Counted from the whole stretch's first letter, positions 37,315-50,364 are shown. The stretch is DNA of 63,697 nucleotides, filler included, from Folioceros fuciformis (GCA_049999805.1; 4 parts of 3 records of this genome joined end to end with filler, not necessarily neighbours in it), one strand, 5' to 3'. Translations and numbers: made by a program. The notes: a model not told the origin generated them from the letters alone.

Positions 37315-39625
37315 ATTATGTTGAATATTTATTTAAGTATTTAATTAATTCATTTATTTTGAAGAACCAAATTTAACTTTAACGTCGACAAACTTATTGT
37401 CTTCTACTTAAATTAAGCTTAACGTTCATTAGCTCTAATTCATTTTGATTTGTTGGTTAGATACATTTCGTACTATGGCTTGTTGGTAACATTTGATGGA
37501 TTTTAGAATATTTTCTATGCTAGAGGACTCTTAGCTTCCATAAAGTTTTANNNNNNNNNNNNNNNNNNNNNNNNNNNNNNNNNNNNNNNNNNNNNNNNNN
37601 NNNNNNNNNNNNNNNNNNNNNNNNNNNNNNNNNNNNNNNNNNNNNNNNNNTAGAATATTTTCTATGCTAGAGGACTCTTAGCTTCCATAAAGTTTTACTT
37701 CAATTATAATTAATATTCATTTATAAAGATTAGGTTGGTGCTAGTTGTTGTAAGTTTATGTGAACATGGCGTTAGTTTACTGAACTTGGTAATAGTTTAC
37801 CGTTTTGCTTAACTTTCTATCATGTCCATTATTACAATATAAGTTTACATAAGTTGGATCTCATACCATCACAAGGTTAATGAAATACAGAAACAAGTAG
37901 CTCTTTGGGTCTTTTCTCCATAGTTTGTTGAAATGTGCTGCCTATCATCTACTATGTCTCCAACATGTCTGTCTTGAAGTAAGTAGACAAGATCTTCTAA
38001 GGGTTTGATTCGTTGTAATTTTGCTTGCGACTGTCCTCCATCTCTCTAATGATCATTACATCTTGCCATTAGGCTACAATGATTGCAAATGAGGTTTGCC
38101 TCATCACCTCTTTTGTGTGCCAAGCTTTGATGCTTCAAACTACTCTTTGCTTTATCACTTGTTTCTTTATACCTAGCTTGCTACTGTTAATGAGTCTACC
38201 TTGGTAGACTTGTCGACTCTTCTTGTGTTCCAAGCGCTGAAGCTTCATACTACGCTTTGCTTTGTCACTCTTAGCTTTTTCTTGTACTTAGCAGATTACT
38301 ATTAATGGGTCTATCTAGTTGAACTTCGAAGCCCCAATTTCGAATCGCACTCTCTTGTACCTTAGTGTGGATTAAATGGAGAGGAGTGTGTAAATTTAGA
38401 TTGTCCATGAACTCCTTACCTCTTGATTGTGTGCAACAAATTGCAACATTCCTACTTTGAAATGTATCATAAGTGTTGGATGAGACTATGAAGAAAGGTT
38501 GTTTCTTTGTCTTGGACTATGTTGCTACGAAGCAATAAGTGTGGGCACTTTGTTTATAAGTTGGTCGCTTTATAAGTTGGTCGCTCTCCTTACTGTCAAG
38601 GGTCTGTGGTGACTTACTCGTCTTCTGACACCAGAAATGTAAATGGACTGCTCATCAACCTTGGCTGGCTTTGAAATTTGTTCTTCTAAGATTGATTTTC
38701 ACAACAAAATATCTACATGAAGTAATAAAAGATGGAAAGTCCTATCTACTTCAAAAGATTGGAGTAATAACTTGAGCTAGACCAAAGGCCAAAAAAGGGG
38801 ACTAGCTCTTCGAACATCATTCTCAAAAACTACCTACTGCTTCTAAAATGTCATGATGTGGAATAACAAAAGACCTACCTACCACATTGCTTGTTGTTGT
38901 TCTAAAAACCACATTGGCCAATGTTCTTTATAAAGCAATAGATAACCATTGTCGAAAGAAGGCCACCACCGAGGAAAGAGGGAGAACACCATTCCTATGA
39001 CTCTAACAAACCTTGGCACACTCCTTGATGAATCTTGAAAAGTCTTTGCCCATAGCCTATGAGTCTCAAGAGCAAGGGAGATGAAAGCATGCTCACCTTG
39101 TAGGAAAAATACTTATGGATTTTGGTGCTAACACAACTCTCCACCGTCTATTCAGGGGTTGATAATGACGTGCTCACAGATCAAATTCCTAGTAGGATCT
39201 ATGACAACCACATCAACAAGACAAACCTATTCCTATTCCCTTAGTAAGAGAAAGTCGACTCTAAGTGAAACCCCATTGCACAAAGAATATAAATGCTCCT
39301 TATACAGAAGGAAGAAACTCGTACTCCCTAACCATTCAAAATATGACACCATTGAGAATATAACATCATGGTTGGCAATATGGCAATTTCTAATCATGGT
39401 ATCTCATCTAACCATGGTATCTCAAACCACATCACGGATAGCCCTAATCATTGAGAACATGATATTTAAATCCCATAATGAATGGCTCTAGTGATCGAGA
39501 ATCATAATGGCAATGCGTTGCACCAAAGGCAGGGGCAACGGGCCACTGCATAATGTTATCTAGATGACAACGGGGTTCTACCGTGCTGCCAATTCATTCC
39601 AATCGAAGTCCACTTCATTCCAGCT

Positions 39626-42600
39626 TCAAGCGGACCACGTCAAGTCGAAGTCCTGGCCGACAGACAAGTCGAGGCCGGTAATGTCCGTCCGGAAGGTGGA
39701 CGGCTCGAAGGCCACTGTCACAAGACGAGACGCCGGCTTTCCGTTGATGTGCAGACGGGAGGGCGCGGATCTCAGTCCCAGGACAGTGACTGTCTGCACC
39801 GTCAACCCTGCCTTGAGCGCGTATCCTCCAGATCGCCCGACTCGAGCTGACACAGAGCCTCCAGCGCGGGGAGACAGCTGGGCCGAGTATTTGACGAAGG
39901 TCGACTTCCATCTGGCAATCCGCATCTGCACCTCCTCCTCGCTGTCCACGAAGAGCGTTCCGTGGGCGGCCTGCAAATCGCTCGTCTCCAGCGAGAAAGC
40001 CAGCAGCAGTGTGAACGGGGTTTTCCGGGCCAGGGCCGTCGTCAGTCTCACTTGTTGCAAGGGAAGAATGGAGCCTTCGTGGACATGTACGTTGATCACC
40101 TCCAACGGGGCCGGCAGTGTGTGGTAGGACCCCTTGGGGCTGCTGATGCGCGTGGAGTCGAAGAGGTTGTACCAGGTGCCGTTGGGGAAGTATGCCCTAA
40201 CTGACGTCGCTCCGTCTTCCAGGACTGGCGAGACGAGAACCGAGGGGCCGAGCAGCATCTGGCGGTTGATCTGCAGGGTCTCGGGTTCCTCGGGGAAGCG
40301 GAAGAATAGGGGCCGGGCAATGGGATGCCCGGTCATGTGGGCCTCGAAGGCCAGGGTGTAGAGGTAGGGCAGGAGCCTGTAGCGGAGACCAAGTGCGGCG
40401 TTGGCGGACCTGGTGACGGATTTCCAGAGGTACAGTTCCTGGTGAGGACTGTTGATGTCCGCGTGGTTCCGGGAGAAGGGGTAGAATGCGCCCAGTTGGA
40501 TCCATCGGTTGCATAGTTCTTCTGTGGTGCCGCCGATGAACCCGCAGATGTCTGCACCCACCATGGGGACCCCGAATAGGCCAGAGTTGAGGGTACTGAC
40601 GATGGAGTAGGCCAGGTCGTTGAAGGTGGCTCCGTTGTCCCCGGTCCAGTGGGCTGTGTATTTACCAGAGCCGAGGAAGGTGGATCTCGACAGAAGGAAG
40701 GGCCTCGTGCCTAGGGTAGATTTTAGGGCTGCTTCCGTGGCGATGGACTCGGTGAGACCATATAGGTTGTGGGCGTTATACTCCAAGATATCTTTGTAGT
40801 GTCTTGCGCTGGTGGCGATGGTCTTCACTCCCAAGTCTCGGTGTTCCCCGCCGTAATTTATCTTGTAAGGAGGCTCGTCATACAAGGTTGGGTTGGAGGA
40901 GTCACATACCAGACAGCACACAGTCTGCCGGGTAGGGTCCGGGCATGATGTATTTGTGGGAAGGGAGCATTTCCTGCCGCTGCAGAAGTTGGACGCCTCG
41001 TTCATGTCGATCCACAGGCCGTCGAAGGGTACCTGCTGGTGGAAGTCTGATATTTCCCTGGCCCAGTAGTCTGGCGTTGTGGGGTTGAGGAAATCCGGGA
41101 AGTACACTGGGCCTGGCCACACTTGAGCAAGATAGTTGTCCCCCTGATAGTCCTTGATGTATATATCGGACTCCAGCCCACGGAGGAATGTGGTGTAGTT
41201 GTAGTCGGTCTTGATGCCTGCATGAATGTGTGTAGGCAAGTTGTTAGGCATTCACACTCCTGACGAGAGTCCTTTCGATTCAGATGGCAAGGAAAGCTGG
41301 CAAGGGATACGTGTACTACCAGGATCGACAATCACAACATACTTCTGCCCGTCGGCATGTAGTCGGTTCACAAAGTTGCGTAGTTTATCCTTGGGGAAGT
41401 TGACTGAATCCGTGGTGAAGTCTCGCCAGCCGTTCATGTAATCTATGTCAGTCCACATCACTTCCAGCGGCAAATTTGCCTTCTTGTAGTTTGCAACCAC
41501 CGACTCCAATTCCTCCACGTTCCTGTAACCATACTTGCACTGATGGAAACCTGAAGAATGAAGCATGAGGGTTTCCGAAGTTTGTGAGCTTGTTTCGTTC
41601 GGTGAACATCTATTCCGGGAAAGCGACACAACACAAGGGAAAAGATTTGGGTTCTTACCGAAGGACCAGTATGGCATGGGCGCAGGCTTTCCTACAATTT
41701 CAGTGTATTGAGAAACAACTGACATTGGGAATGGGCCCGCAAAGTAGTACAGGTCCAGAACACCTCCCACAATCCGATAGGTCAGAGAGTCATTCCCATA
41801 TGTGACGTCCATGCCGTTGCTGTTTAGGAGCAGCACACCATGTGAAGAACCACCTTCTCTTACATCCAGATAGAAGGGAAAAGACCCATAGAGATCTATG
41901 TCTATAGATAAGCTGGGGATATCTGCAGCCCAGAGCGTGTAGGTTCTGCCATGCGAGAGTCGGAGTCCATCAGGACGAGTACTTTCACCCAGCCCATAAA
42001 GCGATGCACTCGTAGGAACTTGTGTTGATAGCTCCAAGTACTGATCCTTGAACACCAGACTGCCGAAAACATCTTGGGCTTCTCCTCCTGCGGCTGGAGG
42101 GGTTGTGTTGAACAATACCTCTCCAGTTGCCCGTCTGGTGATGGCAAAACCAAAGGGATCAACGGTGTAGGAGAACTCCAGGTGCCTCGAAGAAAAGCTC
42201 GTCTCTCCTGTTTTGAGCTGGAGAGGATCGGGACCCTTGTGTCGGGGAATGACATCGTCGGGTATTTCCCATCTGTCATCATTGGCGTCTGTAATGTGGA
42301 CATGCAGCCTGTCAGCAGTTTCGTACCTGCACCAACAGAACCATTTTGGATTATTGGCAGGACGCAGAATAGGAGACACAAGAAAGCCCTTTCTCTTTTG
42401 TAGCCAGTCACTCCCAGACTAGAGAGCGAAGTACCTGACGACCAGTCTCAGCAATGCAATATCATCACCGTAAGTCTTTGTCGGCTCGATCACCTTCAGG
42501 GTCGCAACAATCGTGTCTCCAACCACGGTGTCGCTGATTGATGTAAGGCGATATCCATTCCCCACATTTCCAGTAGCCAGAGAGCAGACAGCCAAAAAGC

Positions 42601-42640
42601 CAGCAAGGAGGAATGCAACACTGGCTGCAGATGGCCCCAT
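39626..42640 (-). CDS. Secreted GH31 alpha-glucosidase/alpha-xylosidase; exons 42640-42435, 42326-41659, 41550-41320, 41217-39626
   Basis: Signal peptide, LYGLGE, GFHQCKYGY, WTDIDYM, catalytic GLWIDMNE and HWTGDN, GADICGF, GAFYPFSRNH. Cys-rich insert as in plant XYL1-like enzymes. Confidence 0.95.
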
Positions 42641-44189
42641 GGTGGAGAGGCAAGGGCTCTGTCCCCTCCCTCCAACTTCGGTGCCTGAGACTCCACCCTG
42701 CTCAGCAGCCATACACCAGACTCTCCCTCAGAGTCCGCACGTACCGACCATGCATGGCAATCTCGAAATAAGATATCATCAACAACAATCAGAAGAATGG
42801 GCTCCATGATTGGATTCTTCGCCTTCACTCTAATAAGGAGAAAGAGAGCAAAAGCAGGATACAAATGCAAGCACTGCTAACCACGACTGATCCGGAGCAA
42901 GACAAAAGAGCCTGAGGCCACCGCATTCTGGTGCCTCTTCAGCATCGTATGACCCACATTGCCCAGATCGTAATAAAGCTTCGCACATGGACCTGAAGAA
43001 CAGGTACATACCTGGCGAGGGAGCGGAGGATCAATCCAGGCGCTCGGCCGGACCGGGAAGAGGTTGTGTGGGCAATCAAGTCTGCGGGACGGTGGCGCAT
43101 TTGGGAGTTATCTCCGCACCTGTGGAAGGATGATTCCCACGGGGCAGGCGGAAGACCTGACCTATGCGAGGTCCGTACCCGAGCAAAACTGTTGCTTGAC
43201 AGGAAAGCCAAGCCGGCAATCTCTCACCTGCTGCCGTGCCCGTAGCCGCGAATCAGAAACAAGGTGGACGCCAACGGCCTCGCCGCATTCTCAAGATGTG
43301 CCTAATCCACTCTCCAACAACTGACCGTCAGCCGCAATGTCTCCTCCTAGACATAGCGAGTAGTCCTGCTCAGTCGTATCGGAGCAGGATACGCTCAACT
43401 GCAGAAAAATCCAGCGTCCTGCATCCGACATTTGGCAGCTTCGGCCCTGACACCGAGAATGATTGACTGCACCAGGTCGAGTGCGGCCAAGCGCGGCTAC
43501 ACTTGGCTCTCTGTCACAGGTTTCTGACCCTTGGTGCAAAGCGTTCAGGAAGACGTGTGTGAATGGGTCTCTTCAATGATGTACAATTTCATCAGGCACA
43601 AGCTACATCCGTCGGAGGAAGAGTACAGGATCACCTCAAGGATCTCATCCTCCCATGCGAAGCGCTATTCGTACGGCTTGCGTGTAATTCCTACAAGATG
43701 AAGAGGACGTTAGTGGATGAGCCTCGATCACGCGACAAAGATTTCCAATGCACCTCAACTCTTGGGTGGAGGGCCGCTAATTGACACGAATCTTGAGAAG
43801 CTGCTTGATCAATGTGCCTGCCCGTGCATCAAACCTTAGGCAGAGAAAATGGATAACTTACATGACTCATCAACTATAGTGTTCACACCCGGTACTACAC
43901 AGCACTTTGTACGATGGCAGTTTTGCCGCAGCATTTGCCTCCAGCACAGAGGCCCCACCAAAACCTCCTTCACCGTACAAAATTACGGGAGCGAATAATC
44001 TCCACTAGTGTAGAGACCCCTTTGACTACTTGCCAAAAGGTCTTCTTATAAGAAGAAAATTTTCCTCCGGCTGGATCTGCGACACCAGGGCAGCTAGCAT
44101 GGAGCCCCAACGTCACACTCTGCACTAAACTCTCGTGCACCTAGTATTTAATACTTGTCAGAAAAGAAAATCACCACCTCCATCTTTCC

Positions 44190-44340
44190 ACACTTCCAAG
44201 TTCCAGTCCAGTTGCACTTCCAAGTTCCAGTCCAGTTGGAAAGCACAGTGGAACTGCCATGAAATGCTTCAGCATTGTGACGAATTTAGAGTCAAATGTG
44301 ACAAATTTAGAGTCAAATGTGACGAATTTAGAGTCAAATA
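44190..44340. repeat. Two short tandem repeats (24 bp x2; 21 bp x3)
   Basis: CACTTCCAAGTTCCAGTCCAGTTG twice, then TGTGACRAATTTAGAGTCAAA three times. Confidence 0.85.
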
Positions 44341-46509
44341 CTGTCATCTTCTAAAGGTGGTGCGGCCTCAATCTCATGCTGCATCTTTCTTCCTCGTTCA
44401 CACATAGGCCCAGAAACACAAGTTCAACATGACTCGTTGATCCCATTTGGTGCTTGTGAGCAAAAACATATCAGGCATTTTCAACTCCGTACTTCCTTAC
44501 TCCCAGGCTATTGTCCAGCTGAAAAGAACAGTTGCCCTGCCATGAATGTGTTCAGCACCGTAACGAATCTAAAGCCACAGGCTGTCTTCTTCTGAAGGTG
44601 GTGATGCGGGTTCAATCTCATACAGCATCGTTCTTCCTCTCGCAAACATGGCACGTAAACACAAGTTCAACATGATTAATAGATCCCATGGTCCCTCCAC
44701 ATGCTTTGGCAGCAGAACGTAAGTGTAACGAAACCATCATGGTGAGAACAATACTGTGCTTTCATAACACACGGTACGCAATAAAACAAGATAGCAGCTT
44801 ACCAGGTTACCGACATGCCTTCCAGGTGAACACCAGATTCAAGATTGGGGTCACTTTACTCCAAATGCACCACTTTCAGGCATCGTCAACTTGGGAGCCT
44901 TGGTTCTCAGTTATATACCACATTCTCTATGTTAGCCTAAGCCTGCAATCTCGGCAGCAGTGTGCAGAGAGAGACAGGTGAGTGCATTCATCACAGACCT
45001 GGGCCGGTCTGCCTTTGCTTGCTGCCTTTCTATGAGAGGATACAGTTAATAAGAGATGGCAGCAAACCTGGGGCTGTATTCGAGCTCTGGTAACGCATAT
45101 CTGGCAATCGAGACCTATCCCATCCCATCCCATCCCTCCTGATGTCCATGAATCATCCTTTTCCATTTGTCCACAAGTTGCCGTCGCTGTCCTAGCAGTC
45201 TGGGGTTGTGGACTTGAGCAAAATTCTCTCCCACGACAGCCCTTGTCGCAGTCCTGAAGGAACACAGTGTGGACCTTGCTCAACATCCAGATCACAAACA
45301 AAACTTTTTCCAACCCATCTGTACTTCCCGAAGAGAAACTTGATTCCTGCGGCATACAATTCAATATGAGAGTGATCCATTACGGTTCTGGCATATCCAT
45401 CGATCCTGTTGACAAATTCCTGTCGTGGGACGGCCGGAAATGACAGTTGCTCCACTGTTATCCGTGGCACGTCTAGGCGTTCCCGTTCGAACAAGGCTTG
45501 TTGCTGTATGACAGACGCACTGGAAGAATGCGGCTACTCCAGCTGCCAGAAGTGAAATTGGAGAAGCCAGCAGCGCCTCCTACGAGATGGAGGCTGCGGC
45601 GATTGGTTTGGGGCCGTGACCTTGCCTCCCTTCCTCTGAAGAAACCCAACAACCAGCCTAAATGCGGATGTTCCACTATCAGTATTCCTCACCTACCTCC
45701 AACCATCGTTGTAAGACTGCTGTCGGGGAGTATTACGCGCGAAATCTTTGAACTTCTTCGACAAATTGAGGCGCACAAAGAGCTTGCACTTTGCGGCTGG
45801 CTTGCGCGATTCGTTAGGGAGTCAGTTAGAGGAGGTCGAGGATTGCTGCTCTTGTGGTGGACTGCCTCTTGGCCAACCCGTCAGCGCGATGCGGTGCACC
45901 AGCTTCTCGGGATGGAAGTTTTGGAATAACCAATTGGAGCTATCCTGTGTGAGAATTGCACACTACTGTTTGACGCCAGGCAGAAGCAGTGCGAATGAGG
46001 GGAGGTGGTGGATCTGGTGGCCGCTTGGTTTTCTGGAATGTGGTTCAATTCAAACCCAGCGACTGCAGCCATCTGCAAGAATGGTGTAGATGTTTATCAT
46101 CTGTGCAGGGGGCGGTTGTGTCGACAAGAAGTCCCGGTGAGTGCTTTCGTATGGGACTAGCATCAGTGTCTTCCTGCTTTACCTCTAAGATCTTCAATGG
46201 TGTCTTGCAGCAGGAGATGCATCGTGGGTTAAGCTAAAGGATTGTGCACCATGGTGGGACAGCAATAGCCATCTTCAAAGTTCAACAAGGGAGGATGGTT
46301 GGCTGGAGAGACCACCTAAAGTTGGCGCGGGCAAATTGTCAAACTTTGGCACAGCGGATCCTATCTTGCACCTTCCAGGATCTCTGGGTGTTGTCACTAC
46401 CGGAAGGTACTCCCGTTTCAAAGAGATGGTTTTGGTTCTTCGATCTGCAAACGTTAGGGCTTCCTGGTTGTGACAGTCCTGGGCACCGCGCAGGCAGAGA
46501 CAGGGCTTT

Positions 46510-48936
46510 TTGGAAGTAAAGAGCTGGACCAAGCTTTCGGAGAAGGGACAGCTCAGTGAAGCATATCGAGCACTTGAACTTCTGGTACAACAAGGATGCG
46601 AACCTTCAACGTACATGTTCTACGTTCTTCTCAGAGGGTGCGTGAAGAACCGCAATCTGGCGGTTGGCAGGGATGTACATTTCCTTGCTCTTAGATGTGG
46701 GTATGAGTCAAACTCGTTGTTGGCTTCTCATATCATCCGCATGTATGCTTCTCATGGGAGCCTACCAGAAGCGAGTCAGGTCTTCAGCAAGTTGGCTGCA
46801 CCCAACAACTTTGCGTGGGCTTCTATCATCTTGGCCCATGCTGAACATGGCCAGCCTGAGCAGGCCATCAAATTGTATGCACGAATGCGGGAATCCACAC
46901 TGAAGCCAGACAGCTACGTGTTCGTCGCAGTTCTCAAGGCGTGTACCTGTTCATTTGATTTATGTTCTGGAAGGCAGGTCCACGCTGATATTGGCAAGAG
47001 CGATGTGGAGCCCAATTTGTTTGTTGAAAATACTCTGTTGGATATGTATGCCAAGTGCGGAAGCTTGGAGGATGCTCGCATAGTATTTGATAATATGCAG
47101 AAAAAAAGTGTAGTGACGTGGACTGCAATGATAGCAGCATATGCCCAGCATGGGCTGGGTCAGATGGCCCTTGATCTCTATTCAAGTATGGGGAAGGATG
47201 GCGTGAGTTTAGCTGACAGCGTCACCTTCGTTTGTCTGCTGAAAGCATGTGCCAGCCTTGGAGCCATACATGAAGGCAAGCAACTTCATGTCCATATTCG
47301 AGAAAAGGGATTGGAAACACATTGGGCTATTGGCAACAGCCTGGTGGACATGTATGCAAAATGCGGGAGCTTAGATGATGCCCGTGAAATTTTTGATAAC
47401 TTGCAGAGGCGAGATGTGGTATCCTGGAATACAATGATTTCAGGCTACACTCAACATGGCCTTGGTGGAGAAGCCCTTAAGCTTTACGCTGGGATGCTTA
47501 AGGAAGGCATTAGCCTGGCTGATCCGGTCACCTTCGTATGTCTACTGAGGGCATGTTCCAGCACTGGGGCCATACATGAGGGCAAACAACTCCACAGCCA
47601 AATTCAGCAACAAGGACTTGAACTAGATCTGATTGTTGGCAACAGCCTGATATACATGTTCATGAAGTGTGGCAGCTTGGAGGATGCGCTAAGCGTGTTT
47701 GAAAGGCTGCCCACAAGAGATGTAGTGACATGGACAAGTATGATAGCAGGATACACCCAGCACGGACTCGCTCAGGAGGCTCTCAGTTTTTCTGCAAGGA
47801 TGCAGCAAGAGGGTTTGACTCCAGCCAACCACGTAACTTATGTCTGCCTGCTTAAAGCATGTGCCAGTGTTGGAGCATTGCAAGAGGGCCGAGAACTGCA
47901 TTCCAAGATCCTGGAGAGAGGGCTGGAAGCAGAGGTCGTTGTTGGCAACAGCCTGGTGGACATGTATGCAAAATGTGGGAGGCTTGAGGATGCTCAAAAC
48001 GTTTTTGACAGATTGCCCATCAGGAATGTGGTAACATGGAATGCACTGTTGAATGGCTATGGGCAGCACAATGATTGTGGGATGGCTGTGCATTGTTTTG
48101 CGAAGATGCAGGAGTGTGAAGTGGAGCCAGATGCTACTACCTTCATCAGCCTTTTGGTGGCATGCAGTCACCAGGGACTGGTGAAAGAGGGTCAACAGTA
48201 TTTTGAGTCCATGATGGAAGACTTTGGCATCAAGCCCACCGTTGAACATTATGCTTGCCTGGTTGATCTCCTGGGGCGAGGTGGGCGCCTAGATGAGGCC
48301 GAGTACTTGGTGCGCAGCATGCCACTTGAAGACGATGGTGTAGTTTGGACATCTCTGTTGAGTGCGTGCAGCAACCATGGTGATGTTGCTCGAGGAAGGC
48401 GATGTTTCGACCGTATTACTGCCTTGCGCCCTCAACAGGCATCTGCTTACGCGCTTATGTGTACCATCTATGCCGATGCTGGACATTGGGGTCTTGTTGA
48501 AAGCGTGGAGAGATTGAGAAAATCGACGGGTGCTCAGAAGAAGCCAGCAAGGGCCTGGATTGAGGTGAACAGCAAGGTGCACTCGTTTGATGTGGGAGAA
48601 GACAGGGATGACACTTCCCTTCAACTAAGAAGCATAAACTTGCGAACTGAGGGTGGTTATTCGCCACACGCAGAATTGGTGCTGAAGCCTGTCTCCGACA
48701 AGGAGAAGGAAGATGAGTTGTGTGGTCATGCTGAGAAACTAGCTTTAGCATATGGTATTCTCAACACTCCACAAGGCACAAGTTTAGTGGTAACGAAAAA
48801 TCTACGCATGTGCAATGACTGCCACAGTGGAACCAAGCTTCTGTCCAGGATTGAGAAACGAGAAATTACAGTGAGGGATGCTCATCGGGTACATCATTTC
48901 AGGGATGGTTTCTGCTCTTGTGGAGATTCCATCTAG
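46510..48936 (+). CDS. PLS-class PPR protein with E1-E2 and a DYW:KP-type deaminase-like domain (organellar RNA editing factor); true start unresolved
   Basis: About 17 PPR motifs (L-S-P triplets ending P2-L2-S2), E1 and E2, then KKPARAWIEV, HAEKLA, KNLRMCNDCH, HHFRDG.CSCGDSI. Intronless across the PPR tract. Confidence 0.95.
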   Translation: MEVKSWTKLSEKGQLSEAYRALELLVQQGCEPSTYMFYVLLRGCVKNRNLAVGRDVHFLALRCGYESNSLLASHIIRMYASHGSLPEASQVFSKLAAPNNFAWASIILAHAEHGQPEQAIKLYARMRESTLKPDSYVFVAVLKACTCSFDLCSGRQVHADIGKSDVEPNLFVENTLLDMYAKCGSLEDARIVFDNMQKKSVVTWTAMIAAYAQHGLGQMALDLYSSMGKDGVSLADSVTFVCLLKACASLGAIHEGKQLHVHIREKGLETHWAIGNSLVDMYAKCGSLDDAREIFDNLQRRDVVSWNTMISGYTQHGLGGEALKLYAGMLKEGISLADPVTFVCLLRACSSTGAIHEGKQLHSQIQQQGLELDLIVGNSLIYMFMKCGSLEDALSVFERLPTRDVVTWTSMIAGYTQHGLAQEALSFSARMQQEGLTPANHVTYVCLLKACASVGALQEGRELHSKILERGLEAEVVVGNSLVDMYAKCGRLEDAQNVFDRLPIRNVVTWNALLNGYGQHNDCGMAVHCFAKMQECEVEPDATTFISLLVACSHQGLVKEGQQYFESMMEDFGIKPTVEHYACLVDLLGRGGRLDEAEYLVRSMPLEDDGVVWTSLLSACSNHGDVARGRRCFDRITALRPQQASAYALMCTIYADAGHWGLVESVERLRKSTGAQKKPARAWIEVNSKVHSFDVGEDRDDTSLQLRSINLRTEGGYSPHAELVLKPVSDKEKEDELCGHAEKLALAYGILNTPQGTSLVVTKNLRMCNDCHSGTKLLSRIEKREITVRDAHRVHHFRDGFCSCGDSI

Positions 48937-50044
48937 CTGCTGTGTTGCACTTTCTCATTACTTGGACTGAACGAATGCTGTCTACTGCGGGTCTTCCCTC
49001 AAACGTTGGAGAGCAAGCAGAGTCGGCAAGTTTCATAGCTTCTGTCATCGGAATAACCAAGGGAGTGCAGACCAGAGCAGACTTGCCAGTTCATCTGAAA
49101 GTTCCCAGCTGGGGCTACGCACCAGAAGCCAACAGATTTACCTGAGACTTGGAGTACCTGCAAATCGCAGGTATGCATCTCTCCTTACTCACACGTGTTT
49201 TTGTGCTTTGATCCATGACCTCGCAGCAATGTCCTTGGTCCGAGCAATGTCCATGCAAGAGGCAGACTAACTTATGGCGATTTGTCGGTGTCGGCTCCAG
49301 CGTGGTAGAGATGGCCCAACTGCGCAGGCAGGACTTTCTGACCAGCTCAAAGCTATCTGAACCGGTAGGACATCAATCGTCTGCATCAATGTCTCACACA
49401 CAACTGTGGAAAGTGAAACTAGAGGTCCTGCAAGAAGAGGTGTGCTCGTGCCAAGGGATGAGCAGAAACCTGGAAGCATTATCCATTCTGACTGTTGCTG
49501 GACAACGTAGGGTTGTTGAAAAAGGCACACACCCTTTGATGAGTCTCTCCAGCCAAGTATCCTCCCATGTTTACGTGCCTTCTTTACATTGAAAAATCAA
49601 CTCAAAGGTACACCTAGAATGTCATGACCCTGTCTACTTATCAACAGAAAAAAAGATTCATTGAGTAGTTCAAAGAGTAGTTGGCAATGCTCCATGGACT
49701 AAAATTCAAAGAGTGGTTGGCAATGCTCCATGGACTAGAGAAGTAGGTGCAACAGCTCTATGCGCAGTGAAGTGGATTGGTGAAGCCAACGCACCGACTG
49801 TCTTCTCCCCTTTATTTGGACGCCCCAGTTACTGGCTACCAATTAGAGGGAGCCCTCTTCTTCGGAGGGTGATAAGGCCCTCTTGCAGTTATCTTTCCAC
49901 ACGACACTAGTCTTAATTCATATCCACTTCATGACTCACGAGTTCAACTAGGCATATGATCTCGTTATTTCTGATGCGGCTCCACCTGGTAATCCGCTTG
50001 GGAAACGAATTGAGTCGCGCAAATAAATCGCAGTATGAACGTCT

Positions 50045-50204
50045 GCCACGTAGGCGTCTCTTAGAGATGCTCCATCGCATCGGGTAAAGAAGACACGTGG
50101 TGAGACAGGTGTCAAGGTGACGAGGCTTCAATGCAGGCAGGACACGTTGGGCTGGTCTTGACAGGGCACCCCATTCACCTCGACGGATGCCGAACGCTAT
50201 AAAT
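50045..50204 (+). promoter_or_regulatory. ABA-responsive promoter: three ABRE/G-box motifs plus TATA box
   Basis: GCCACGT (50045), GACACGTGG (50092) and GACACGT (50141) read ACGTG(G/T)C on the minus strand. TATAAAT at 50198. Confidence 0.75.
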
Positions 50205-50364
50205 TCCTCGGCTAGGAGCTCGTTCTCATCGTTCTCGGCATTGTCAAGCTCCCGCTTCCAACCCGAGCCCAGATTCCACGAAACTCATCTTCCCTTCTGC
50301 AAGTGCTGCTAGCGGCCGCCTTCTCCAGTTTGTTTGCAGGCCTCGTCGAATCCTTCGGAGCGCA

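Noticed and set aside
37503-37698. 48-bp direct repeat
   Set aside because: Identical sequence on both sides of a 100-N gap, meaning unmerged contig overlap.
38700-39490. Possible copia gag/protease remnant (HCRK.., MDFGA)
   Set aside because: Too degenerate to support without a homology search.
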